Positions 16,853 to 25,443 of a DNA stretch of 33,037 nt are shown here, piece after piece. The stretch is from Bacteroidota bacterium (GTDB lineage Bacteria; Bacteroidota; Ignavibacteria; Kapaibacteriales; UBA2268). The DNA is taken from contig DAOTPH010000001.1 of the NCBI GenBank assembly GCA_035451765.1, positions 1 to 33,037 on the forward strand. Direction: 5' to 3'. The position numbers and the translations under genes are program-made. Under the pieces are notes generated by a model, which saw only the letters and a program-made list of their open reading frames with translations, did not search any database and was not told the origin of the DNA. The stretch's first letter is position 1. Every line of letters begins with the position of its first letter.

Positions 16853-17929
16853 ATGGGTGAAGTAAGATTAATGAAAGGCAATGAAGCATTAGCTGAAGCT
16901 TTGATAAGAGCGGGAGCAGATGCTTATTTCGGTTATCCTATTACTCCACAATCAGAAGTAATAGAATATTTATCTTTAGAAGCAAATAAACGAACGGGTA
17001 TGCTCGTGTTGCAAGCTGAAAGCGAAGTTGCTGCAATCAATATGATATATGGAGCAGCAGCAACAGGAAGACGAGCCTGCACAACATCATCAAGTCCGGG
17101 TATCAGTTTGATGCAAGAAGGAATTTCATATATATCAGGAGCGGAATTACCATGCCTACTTGTAAATGTTGTTCGAGGAGGCCCTGGATTGGGGACAATA
17201 CAACCTTCACAATCAGATTATTTCCAAGCAACAAAAGGTGGCGGACACGGTGATTATCATTTACTTGTTTTAGCACCATACAATGTGCAAGAAATGGTTG
17301 ATTTTGTAAAATTAGGTTTTGACCTCGCAGAAAAGTACCGTAATCCTGTAATGATACTTGCCGATGGAGCAATGGGCCAAATGATGGAAAAAGTCGAACT
17401 ATTCGATCCAATACCACGAAAGACAGAATTTCCCGATTGGGCAACAACAGGTAAACCAAAGGATAAAGAAAGGCGAATTATAACCTCATTATATATCGAA
17501 CCAGAACGAATGGAAGTTGTAAATTTGCGTCTTCAAGCGAAATATAGACAAATGGAAAAAGAGGAAGTACGCTTTCAAACCATTAATATTGAAGATGCTG
17601 ATTATATCTTTACAGGCTTTGGTTTAGGATCACGAATTGCAATGAAATCTATGGAAGTTGCAAGAGAAAAAGGATATAAAGTAGGATTAATACGACCTAT
17701 TACTGTATATCCATTTCCATATTCAATTTATGAAGAAATTGCTCCAAAGGTAAAAGGAATTTTGGATATTGAATTGAATGCAGGCCAAATGCTCGAGGAT
17801 GTAAAATTAGGTGTAGGCGGTAAAACACGCGTTGAATTTTACGGTAGAATGGGTGGTATGATTCCAACACCCGATGATGTTTTAGAAAATTTTGAAAAAT
17901 TTTTCATTAATAATGGAGGTAATAAATGA
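16853..17929 (+). CDS. korA: 2-oxoglutarate:ferredoxin oxidoreductase alpha subunit
   Basis: KGNEALAEALIRAGADAYFGYPITPQSE and GAAATGRRACTTSSSPG are typical OFOR alpha motifs. AGAGGA SD present. Its stop overlaps the next start (ATGA). Confidence 0.85.
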   Translation: MGEVRLMKGNEALAEALIRAGADAYFGYPITPQSEVIEYLSLEANKRTGMLVLQAESEVAAINMIYGAAATGRRACTTSSSPGISLMQEGISYISGAELPCLLVNVVRGGPGLGTIQPSQSDYFQATKGGGHGDYHLLVLAPYNVQEMVDFVKLGFDLAEKYRNPVMILADGAMGQMMEKVELFDPIPRKTEFPDWATTGKPKDKERRIITSLYIEPERMEVVNLRLQAKYRQMEKEEVRFQTINIEDADYIFTGFGLGSRIAMKSMEVAREKGYKVGLIRPITVYPFPYSIYEEIAPKVKGILDIELNAGQMLEDVKLGVGGKTRVEFYGRMGGMIPTPDDVLENFEKFFINNGGNK

Positions 17930-18726
17930 CAACATATAATGCACCGGAAGAGATACCCGTAAATATGGATATTGTCAAAGATGAATATCTTTTATATAAA
18001 AAGCCAAAAACATTAACAGATAAACCATTGCACTATTGTCCGGGGTGCGCTCACGGAACTGTTCATCGCATTCTTATGGAAATTGTTGATGAAATGAATA
18101 TACAGGACCAAATAGTGGGAATTGCACCTGTTGGTTGCTCTGTATTTGCTTACGATTATATGAACATAGATATGCAAGAAGCTGCTCATGGCAGAGCTTG
18201 CGCACTTGCAACTGGAATTAAACGAATGATGCCTGATAAATATGTATTTACTTATCAAGGAGATGGAGATCTTGCATCTATTGGAACTGCCGAAACTATT
18301 CATGCTGCCAATCGTGGAGAAAATATTCTTGCTGTGTTTATAAATAATGGCGTGTACGGTATGACAAGCGGCCAGATGGCGCCTACAACTTTACCTGGGA
18401 TGTTTACAACAACAAGTCCTTATGGTCGTGATGTTAAAACTCAAGGCTATCCGCTGAAAATTGCCGACTTACTCGCGCAATTGCCAGGCGTTGCTTATGT
18501 TTCGAGGCAATCTGTTCATACACAACTAAATGTCAGAAAAGCAAAAAAAGCATTCCAAAAAGCGTTTGAATATCAAAAGCAAGGATTAGGCTTTTGTATG
18601 ATAGAAATAGTTGGGAATTGCCCATCAAATTGGAAAATGACACCACTTGAAAGCAATAAGTTTGTTGAAGAAAAAATGATACCTTATTATTCATTAGGCG
18701 ATTTAAAAATTCCAGGAGGTAAATAA
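17926..18726 (+). CDS. korB: 2-oxoglutarate:ferredoxin oxidoreductase beta subunit (TPP-binding)
   Basis: YCPGCAHG cluster-ligand motif and the TPP motif GDGDLASIGTAETIHAANRGENILAVFINNGVYGMTSGQ. GGAGG SD present. Confidence 0.9.
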   Translation: MTTYNAPEEIPVNMDIVKDEYLLYKKPKTLTDKPLHYCPGCAHGTVHRILMEIVDEMNIQDQIVGIAPVGCSVFAYDYMNIDMQEAAHGRACALATGIKRMMPDKYVFTYQGDGDLASIGTAETIHAANRGENILAVFINNGVYGMTSGQMAPTTLPGMFTTTSPYGRDVKTQGYPLKIADLLAQLPGVAYVSRQSVHTQLNVRKAKKAFQKAFEYQKQGLGFCMIEIVGNCPSNWKMTPLESNKFVEEKMIPYYSLGDLKIPGGK

Positions 18727-18727
18727 T

Positions 18728-19282
18728 ATGACAGAAGAAGCAATTTTTGCAGGATTTGGCGGGCAGGGAATTCTCTCAATGGGAATGATACTCGCTTATG
18801 CAGGAATGATGGAAGGCAAAGAAGTATGTTGGATGCCATCTTATGGTCCCGAAATGCGAGGAGGAACAGCAAACGCTATTACAATAATTTCAGATTCTTT
18901 AATTTCGTCTCCAATAATTTCAACTTTTGATACGGTAGTTGCACTAAATCAACCATCTGTTGATAAATTTGAATCAAAAGTAAAACCAAATGGTATTTTA
19001 CTTTATGATAAAACAAATATATTAAAACCCCCAACACGAAAAGATATTAATGTTTATGGAATACCAGCAAGTGAAGAAGCGGCTAAGCTAAAGAATATGC
19101 GTGTTCTAAATATGATCGTACTCGGTGCCTTTATTGCATTAAAGAAAACTGTGGCAGTGGAAACTATTTATGAAGCATTAAAAAAAGTTTTACCCGAGCG
19201 TTATCATCATTTGATTCCCATAAATCAGAAAGCATTTGAAATCGGTATGTCGTTAGTACAACCAAGCGAAATCAAAGCTTAG
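18728..19282 (+). CDS. korG: 2-oxoglutarate:ferredoxin oxidoreductase gamma subunit
   Basis: GFGGQGILSMGMILAYAGMMEGKEV...SYGPEMRGGTANA is the canonical OFOR gamma motif. AGGAGG SD present. It starts 1 nt after the korB stop. Confidence 0.9.
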   Translation: MTEEAIFAGFGGQGILSMGMILAYAGMMEGKEVCWMPSYGPEMRGGTANAITIISDSLISSPIISTFDTVVALNQPSVDKFESKVKPNGILLYDKTNILKPPTRKDINVYGIPASEEAAKLKNMRVLNMIVLGAFIALKKTVAVETIYEALKKVLPERYHHLIPINQKAFEIGMSLVQPSEIKA

Positions 19283-19304
19283 TAAATTAATTTTATATAA
19301 ATTT

Positions 19305-19346
19305 AAATGCTTTACTTATTCATTTTGATGAGTAAAGCATTTTTTA
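19305..19346. terminator. Bidirectional rho-independent terminator between convergent korG and the symporter gene
   Basis: Perfect 12-bp stem AAATGCTTTACT (19305-19316) / AGTAAAGCATTT (19331-19342) with a 14-nt loop, followed by a T-run on the plus strand. It lies 23 nt after the korG stop and 26 nt after the symporter stop. Confidence 0.75.
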
Positions 19347-19371
19347 TATAAAATTTAATCTGAATATCTAA

Positions 19372-20748
19372 TTAGCAAGTCTTTTTAATACACATAGCAC
19401 CAATAATAAATGCCACTATAATTGAAGGCATCATTGGCTCAATATTGCTGAAGAAATAATCAATTTTAAAAATGGAAGGTATAATTATCCATAAGAAAGC
19501 AACTAATGAAGGAATTATAAATACCCATATTATTTTATTTGCCTCAATTGTATATTTCTTTGTATATGTCAAAATTGTCGGGAAAATTAATCCTGGAATA
19601 GCAATTGAAGCTGTTTTATAGATTAAATCAATTGCTGACGGAATTAGCAAAGCAAGAACAATAGAAAATATTGATGTAATCACAAGACCAATTTGAGTAT
19701 AAAATTTTATTGAGTATTTCTTTTTGAAGATTTTAGCTAATATATCATTTCCAATTGTAGCAGAAGAAATAAAAGCGTAGCTATCAAGAGTTGACATTAT
19801 AACGCTAAGTATTGCAATTACAAAAATACCCTTATATAACGGTGGCAATACTGCATTGCCAAGCTCGGGATATGCTTTTAAAGGTTCAATACCTAAAATA
19901 TTTGCCCTTGCATAAAAGCCCGTAAAAAGTGTTAGCATGTCGAAAATTACCCAGCAAAATACTGCCCAAAGAAGCCCTTGACGTGCAATTTTTGGGGATT
20001 TAACAGCTGCCGACCTTTGATGGAATGACGGATCAACGAAAGTTTGTAGTGAGATAATAAACCAACCCAACACATATTGCCAAGATTTATTTCCTGTTAT
20101 TGTTAAATGCTCTTTAGGCAATTTGCTCAAAGTGATTGGAATACTTCCAAATTGTTTTATTGAAAAGAAAAGCAAAATAAAAAAACCAAGATACATAATA
20201 ATGAATTGTGCCGTATTTGTCCAAATATCAGCTTTAAAACCACCCCAAAAGAGATAAATTAGTGAGATAATTGAAACACATACAATTGAAAGCACAAGGG
20301 AGACACCTGTAAACATTTGAAAAATTACACCAAGCATAAGCACATATACTGCGGGCAAAGTCATTATTAAAATAATAATAGAAGCGATATTGCCTGCTTT
20401 GTCGCCGAATTTATTAGCAATTTGCTCAGGTAATGTTCGGAAACCAAGATTACGTATTTTATCAGCAAAAAAGAATGCAAATGATACAGCAGAAATATAA
20501 TAAGGGACACCGAAACAAATCCATCCAACTAACCCACTTGAATATATAAATTCTCCTACACCTAAAATATTGCCGTACCAAGTTGCAACAATGCTTGCAA
20601 CAAAAAACGGTAAAGTAAGCCTGCGGCTTGCAAGCAAAAAAGATTCATCATCAGAACCAGAAGATTTACTTTTTGCTTTAAAGCCAAGAAAGAGAATCAG
20701 AATGAAATATACTGCAATAATGAAAATATCGATTGGTGCTAAATTCAC
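19372..20748 (-). CDS. Sodium:solute symporter family (SSF) transporter
   Basis: A 458-aa polytopic membrane protein with an SSF-like N terminus (IIAVYFILILFLGFKAKSKS...ASRRLTLPFFVASIVATWYG). GTG start at 20748 overlaps the holA TAG by 1 nt. Substrate is not inferable. Confidence 0.7.
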   Translation of the reverse strand: MNLAPIDIFIIAVYFILILFLGFKAKSKSSGSDDESFLLASRRLTLPFFVASIVATWYGNILGVGEFIYSSGLVGWICFGVPYYISAVSFAFFFADKIRNLGFRTLPEQIANKFGDKAGNIASIIILIMTLPAVYVLMLGVIFQMFTGVSLVLSIVCVSIISLIYLFWGGFKADIWTNTAQFIIMYLGFFILLFFSIKQFGSIPITLSKLPKEHLTITGNKSWQYVLGWFIISLQTFVDPSFHQRSAAVKSPKIARQGLLWAVFCWVIFDMLTLFTGFYARANILGIEPLKAYPELGNAVLPPLYKGIFVIAILSVIMSTLDSYAFISSATIGNDILAKIFKKKYSIKFYTQIGLVITSIFSIVLALLIPSAIDLIYKTASIAIPGLIFPTILTYTKKYTIEANKIIWVFIIPSLVAFLWIIIPSIFKIDYFFSNIEPMMPSIIVAFIIGAMCIKKTC

Positions 20749-21791
20749 TACTGGACTTGCTCCGGGATAATTTTTATTAACATATTTAGCATAATGGAAA
20801 GATTATCTCCACCGCTTGATTTCAATTGTTCATCTGCATCCTGTATTGCGGAAAGCGAGGCAACAATTTGCGAAAATTTATATTTTCTCGCTGCAAGCAA
20901 ATAATCATCAAGAAAATAAGGGGAAACCCCAATTTGAGAAGATAATGTATATTTATTTTCATTTAAATTTAATTCCGTTATTTTCAATAGAATCAAAAAG
21001 AATTTTTGTAAAATTGATAATATTAACATTTCTTGCCTATCATAAGATAAAATTTTGACAATTATATCAATTGATTTTGACAAATTCATTTCCCCTACTG
21101 CTTTTTGCAAATCAAATACTGTATAATCTTTGCTAAGACCCGTCAGCCCCATCACATCTTTGACGGAAATAGTTTTTTTATCGCCTAGATATAATATTAA
21201 TTTTTCAATTTCATTATTCAAATTACGTAAGTTATCACCAGCCATTGAATTAAGTAATTCGATTGCATCGGGAGAAGCTTTCAAGCCAAGTTTTGATAAT
21301 TTTTCTGAAATCCACTTCGGATAATTATCTTGCCATATTTTTGGAAATTCAAACCAAGCATATTTTTCCAATATTATATTAAATGGGAAAGAATAACTTG
21401 ATGGATTAGGAGTTGCTTTTTTTGAATATCCATTTAAATTTGGAGCCATAGTCTCGAGAATTAGGGTCGTGGATGGATTTGGTTTCAAAAGATATTTACC
21501 AAATTGAGAATCGAGCATATTTTTCTTAGATTTTGAAGATGGCAAAGATTTGTCGAAATTTTTTACTAGAATAATATTTCTATCAGCAAGCAGACTATAT
21601 GAACGGGCAGTATCAGCTAAATCATCAAGAGCAATATTTTCGCCTTCGTACATACTAAAATCAACTCTCTGATTTTTATTATCGAGTAATTCAGTCAGAA
21701 GATTTTGAATGAATTCTTCAATTAAAAATTCCTCTTCACCAAAAACAAGGATTACAGGAGGTGGATTTAGAAAATCAATTGTTCTTTTCAT
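20748..21791 (-). CDS. holA: DNA polymerase III delta subunit
   Basis: Length 347 aa. N terminus PVILVFGEEEFLIEEFIQNLL and overall delta-subunit layout (clamp-loader AAA-like domain without a P-loop, helical C-terminal domain). Confidence 0.75.
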   Translation of the reverse strand: MKRTIDFLNPPPVILVFGEEEFLIEEFIQNLLTELLDNKNQRVDFSMYEGENIALDDLADTARSYSLLADRNIILVKNFDKSLPSSKSKKNMLDSQFGKYLLKPNPSTTLILETMAPNLNGYSKKATPNPSSYSFPFNIILEKYAWFEFPKIWQDNYPKWISEKLSKLGLKASPDAIELLNSMAGDNLRNLNNEIEKLILYLGDKKTISVKDVMGLTGLSKDYTVFDLQKAVGEMNLSKSIDIIVKILSYDRQEMLILSILQKFFLILLKITELNLNENKYTLSSQIGVSPYFLDDYLLAARKYKFSQIVASLSAIQDADEQLKSSGGDNLSIMLNMLIKIIPEQVQ

Positions 21792-21806
21792 TTAATGGTA
21801 ATAATA

Positions 21807-22706
21807 TTATTCAATAACAAGGATTTTTTGAGGAATTTCATCATTTTCAGCAAGGCGAATTAATACCCGAATTGAATCTTCAGTTAAAATATCTCCACGT
21901 CCTGCAATTAAAATTCCTAAACTATTATAATAATCATCAGCAATAATCTGGCCAGGAGTTAATCTATTTACAGGTAATCGTAAGACTGTGCGGCTGCCGA
22001 GTTGCTTTCGTTCGAAAGTTTCTATTTCGATTAATGTATCTACAATTTTAGCATCAAAGAGTATTTTTCTTTTTTTATATAGATAATTCATAATGGAATT
22101 AAATTGGTCTTTTGTTGCTTCCAGAAAAGAGCTTGTAGTTGCATTCTGAATAGTATTATTTGTATGGGAAGCAAGGGATTTTCTTTTGTAGATTGAATTA
22201 TGATAAACGTCTACAACTGCTATTATTTTTGCACCTCTGTGGATTTTCTCTTCTGTTAAATGCAATGGGAATCCACTTCCATCAAGCCTTTCATGATGTT
22301 GATAAATTATCTTCCTAATTACCTGGAAATGTTCATTCGCACTCAAAATATTATATGCAACTTCGGGATGAAGTGTATAATTTTTATATTCATTTGGATC
22401 CATTTCTTGAGTATTTTTAAATAGAAGCGAATCACTAAAGCCAATTTTTCCAATATCATGAAGAAGAGCTGCAATTCGTATTTCAGTAAGATTCTCATCG
22501 GTAATATCAAGTTGCTTAGCAATGGTAACGGACTTTTCTGCAACAAATCTTGAATGGCTACCATCATAATATTTTTCAGTCAATTGCGTAAGCTTTGCTA
22601 ATATCTCTACATTTGCAAGGAATAATTTTGATAATTCATTCAATAAATCATCAATAATTACATCTTTATCTTCACTATTTAATAATAAATTACTTAGACC
22701 TTCCAA
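21807..22706 (-). CDS. HD-GYP domain phosphodiesterase (apparently intact active site) with a C-terminal ~58-aa accessory module
   Basis: Motifs HSRFV...AALLHDIGK...HPEVAYNIL...YQHHERLDGSGFPLHL...VVDVYHN. No in-frame ATG precedes the HD domain. Start is TTG 22706 with GAGG 7 nt upstream, overlapping the upstream gene by 13 nt. The C-terminal module occupies 21810-21983. Confidence 0.8.
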   Translation of the reverse strand: MEGLSNLLLNSEDKDVIIDDLLNELSKLFLANVEILAKLTQLTEKYYDGSHSRFVAEKSVTIAKQLDITDENLTEIRIAALLHDIGKIGFSDSLLFKNTQEMDPNEYKNYTLHPEVAYNILSANEHFQVIRKIIYQHHERLDGSGFPLHLTEEKIHRGAKIIAVVDVYHNSIYKRKSLASHTNNTIQNATTSSFLEATKDQFNSIMNYLYKKRKILFDAKIVDTLIEIETFERKQLGSRTVLRLPVNRLTPGQIIADDYYNSLGILIAGRGDILTEDSIRVLIRLAENDEIPQKILVIE

Positions 22707-23239
22707 ATTTTTTCCTCAATGTTTAATTTGAAATTAATATACCGTGCTGCAATAAAAAGATAATCAGAAAGACGATTAATGAAAATAATTATATTTGGAT
22801 TTATTTCTTCTATTTCTGATAAAGCCACAATACGCCGTTCTGCACGTCGTGTGACTGCCCGAGCAAAATAAAGCAAAGCAGATTGCTTTGTTCCATAGGG
22901 CAAGATAAAATTGTGTAATTCAGGCAATTCAGCAGTATAATAGTCTATTTTTGTTTCAAGAAATAAAATATCATTTTGTTCAATTCTCGTGATTTTTTTT
23001 TCCAATGTCGAATTAAACGGCGTTGCTAAATCGCTGCCGACTTGAAAGAGCAAATTCATAATTTTTTCAATATCTATTTTAATTACATCAAGGATTTCCT
23101 CTGTCATAATAATTCCTAATAAAGAATTCAGTTCATCGATAGTACCATAAGCTTCAACTCTGATATTAGATTTCGAAATACGATCTTTTGAATTCAAAGA
23201 AGTTTCACCATTATCCCCTGTTTTAGTATAAATTTTCAT
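22694..23239 (-). CDS. PduO-type ATP:cob(I)alamin adenosyltransferase
   Basis: MKIYTKTGDNGETSL...RVEAYGTIDELNSLLG is the canonical PduO-type N terminus. Start moved to ATG 23239, since the track's 69-aa upstream extension is low-complexity and crosses the divergent promoter region. Confidence 0.85.
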   Translation of the reverse strand: MKIYTKTGDNGETSLNSKDRISKSNIRVEAYGTIDELNSLLGIIMTEEILDVIKIDIEKIMNLLFQVGSDLATPFNSTLEKKITRIEQNDILFLETKIDYYTAELPELHNFILPYGTKQSALLYFARAVTRRAERRIVALSEIEEINPNIIIFINRLSDYLFIAARYINFKLNIEEKIWKV

Positions 23240-23294
23240 AATTTTGCTTTTTTTGTTTAGACAAAAAACTAAATTACTAAATTTTGAATTGACT

Positions 23295-24107
23295 ATGATT
23301 ACAAAAATTAATCTACTCTTTATTGGAGACGTTGTCGGGGAGGACGCTCTTGAATTTCTAAAAGAAAATTTAGAAATGCTAAAAACAAAATATAAATCCA
23401 ATTTTATAATTGTTAACGGCGAAAACATAAAGGAAGGCAAAGGCATAACTGATGTCGAAGCTAATATGCTTTTTGCAAATGGTGTTAATGTTATAACAAC
23501 AGGAAATCACGTTTGGGATAATTGGAAAGCACGTCCATTATTATCAAGGGATTCTCGAGTATTGCGCCCATTGAATTATCCCCCAAATAATCCAGGATTT
23601 GGCTATACCGTAATCGATTTAGAACCGCAGACAAGTGTAGCAGTATTGCAAATACAAGGCAGGTCTTTAATGTCGCCCATTGATTGTCCATTTCGAACAG
23701 CTGATTACTTTTTAAAAACAATAAGAGAAAAAACGCAAAATATCATCGTCGATTTTCATGCAGAAACAACAAGCGAGAAAGTGGCTCTATCTTGGTATTT
23801 AGATGGCAAAATATCAGCACTAATTGGAACTCATACTCATATTCAAACAAATGATGCAAGAATATTACCAAACGGCACAGCATATATTACTGATGTTGGG
23901 ATGACAGGACCTTATAATTCTGTAATTGGTATGAGCAAAGATACTTCAATAAAGCGATTTTTATTGCAAACACCTCAGAAATTTGAATTAGCAAAAGGTG
24001 ACTTAAGAATTTGTGGGGTTAGTATTGAAATTGATGCACTTACTCATCAGGCAATGAGCATACAACAATTTACATATCCGGAATTTCAAAAAGTGGCATT
24101 TATATAA
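23295..24107 (+). CDS. ymdB: YmdB-like metallophosphoesterase (TIGR00282 family, 2',3'-cyclic-nucleotide phosphodiesterase-like)
   Basis: Motifs INLLFIGDVVG, IVNGEN, TTGNHVWD, DFHAETTSEK, GTHTHIQTND, DVGMTGP. Start moved to ATG 23295 (MITKINLLFIGD). Confidence 0.85.
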   Translation: MITKINLLFIGDVVGEDALEFLKENLEMLKTKYKSNFIIVNGENIKEGKGITDVEANMLFANGVNVITTGNHVWDNWKARPLLSRDSRVLRPLNYPPNNPGFGYTVIDLEPQTSVAVLQIQGRSLMSPIDCPFRTADYFLKTIREKTQNIIVDFHAETTSEKVALSWYLDGKISALIGTHTHIQTNDARILPNGTAYITDVGMTGPYNSVIGMSKDTSIKRFLLQTPQKFELAKGDLRICGVSIEIDALTHQAMSIQQFTYPEFQKVAFI

Positions 24108-24184
24108 TTTCCTAAATAGAAATTTCAGATTTAAATTAAATCAAAAAAAATCTATTTATATTTTTTATTATTTTATAATTTAAA

Positions 24185-24230
24185 AAAAAACACGTAATAA
24201 ATATATTAAAAAAATTATTACGTGTTTTTT
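24185..24230. terminator. Bidirectional rho-independent terminator between convergent ymdB and the oxoamine synthase gene
   Basis: Perfect 16-bp inverted repeat AAAAAACACGTAATAA (24185-24200) / TTATTACGTGTTTTTT (24215-24230). This gives a CACGTAATAA core stem flanked by an A-tract and a T-tract, with a 14-nt loop. Confidence 0.75.
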
Positions 24231-24244
24231 AAATTTTACATTAA

Positions 24245-25435
24245 TTAAACTAAATCTAATTCTTTTCCAACATCAACAAAAATCTCAAGAATTTCATCAA
24301 GATGTTCTTTACGATGCGTGCTCATATATGATGTTCGAATCATACTCATATTAGGAGGCACACCAGGAGGTACAAATGTATTCACAAAAACTCCCCTATC
24401 GAATAGTTTCCGCCAAGCTATTAATGCTTTATCCATATCGCCGATAATAACAGGAATTATTGCGGATTCATTCTCTATAATTTTAAAGCCATTTTCTTTA
24501 AAGAGTTTGCGCAAATATTTAACATTATTCTGCAATTGATCGACTAGTTCAGGTTGTTCTTCTAGAATATTCAATGCTTCCAAAGCTGAAGCAACAGATG
24601 GTGGGGTAGGACTTGCACTAAAAATTAATGCCGGAGAGTTATGCTTCAAATAATTGATGACACGCTCAGGTCCAGCAATAAATCCCCCTAATGAAGCAAA
24701 AGTCTTTGAGAATGTGCCCATAATTAAATCCGTTTGTTCTGTAACATCCCAATAACTCGATGTACCGCGACCTCCTTTGCCAATAACGCCAATAGAATGG
24801 GCATCATCAACTAGTACTTTTGCACCATATTTATGGGCAACTTCTATCATTTTTGGCAAATTGGCAATTTCGCCTGTAACAGAAAAAATTCCATCTGTCA
24901 CAATGAGTTTTCCCGGACCTTCAGGAAGCTTTTGAAGCGTTTCTTCAAGATCTTGCATATCATTATGTTTGAATCGCACAAATTCTGCAAAGCCACCTTT
25001 TGCCATCATACAACCATTGATAATGCTTGCGTGGTTTTCCTTATCAGAAATCACATATTCTCCGCGTTGGACTAAAGTGGAAATTGTTCCTAAAGCAGTC
25101 TGATAACCCGTGCTGAACAGAAGTACGGCTTCTTTGCCAATAAATTTAGCAAGTCGCTCTTCAAGTTCGTTATGTAAATCAACTGTACCCGTCAAATAAC
25201 GCGAGCCAGAGCAACCTGTACCATATTTATCAATTGCTTTTTTTGCAGCTTCTTTCACACGTGGATGTGTTGTCAAACCTAAATAATTATTCGAGCCAGC
25301 CATAATAAAACGACGGCCTTCCACATACACAACAGGTCCTTCATTTGCTTCCAATACATGAAAATAAGGATAAAGACCAGCTTGTTTCACTTCATCTGCT
25401 TTTGTAAAATCAAGACATTTTTGAAATAAATCCAA
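24245..25435 (-). CDS. PLP-dependent alpha-oxoamine synthase, SPT/Kbl/BioF family (serine palmitoyltransferase-like features)
   Basis: Motifs GLYPYFHVLE, SNNYLGL, HASIING, DDAHSIG, and PLP-lysine motif GTFSKTFASLGGFIAG. Start is TTG 25435 with GAGG 5 nt upstream. The first internal Met (residue 45) would delete conserved N-terminal sequence. Confidence 0.8.
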   Translation of the reverse strand: MDLFQKCLDFTKADEVKQAGLYPYFHVLEANEGPVVYVEGRRFIMAGSNNYLGLTTHPRVKEAAKKAIDKYGTGCSGSRYLTGTVDLHNELEERLAKFIGKEAVLLFSTGYQTALGTISTLVQRGEYVISDKENHASIINGCMMAKGGFAEFVRFKHNDMQDLEETLQKLPEGPGKLIVTDGIFSVTGEIANLPKMIEVAHKYGAKVLVDDAHSIGVIGKGGRGTSSYWDVTEQTDLIMGTFSKTFASLGGFIAGPERVINYLKHNSPALIFSASPTPPSVASALEALNILEEQPELVDQLQNNVKYLRKLFKENGFKIIENESAIIPVIIGDMDKALIAWRKLFDRGVFVNTFVPPGVPPNMSMIRTSYMSTHRKEHLDEILEIFVDVGKELDLV

Positions 25436-25443
25436 TGTTACCT

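Noticed and set aside
17103-17459. 118-aa minus-strand ORF inside korA
   Set aside because: It is fully nested antisense to a strongly conserved enzyme gene and has no recognisable motifs.
23249-23268. Inverted repeat TTTTTTGT-ttag-ACAAAAAA in the 55-nt divergent gap between the adenosyltransferase gene and ymdB
   Set aside because: The arms are almost pure homopolymer, so the symmetry is expected by chance in AT-rich DNA. I cannot call it an operator from sequence alone.
23240-23446. Track's 69-aa N-terminal extension of the adenosyltransferase ORF. Similar upstream extensions occur at 23244-23294 (ymdB), 11796-11888 (TonB-like), 10547-10558 (SPOR), 3439-3441 (queA) and 33014-33022 (nuoB).
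   Set aside because: Family-typical N termini begin at internal ATGs. The extensions use TTG or similar starts, overlap neighbouring genes or the divergent promoter gap, and are low-complexity.
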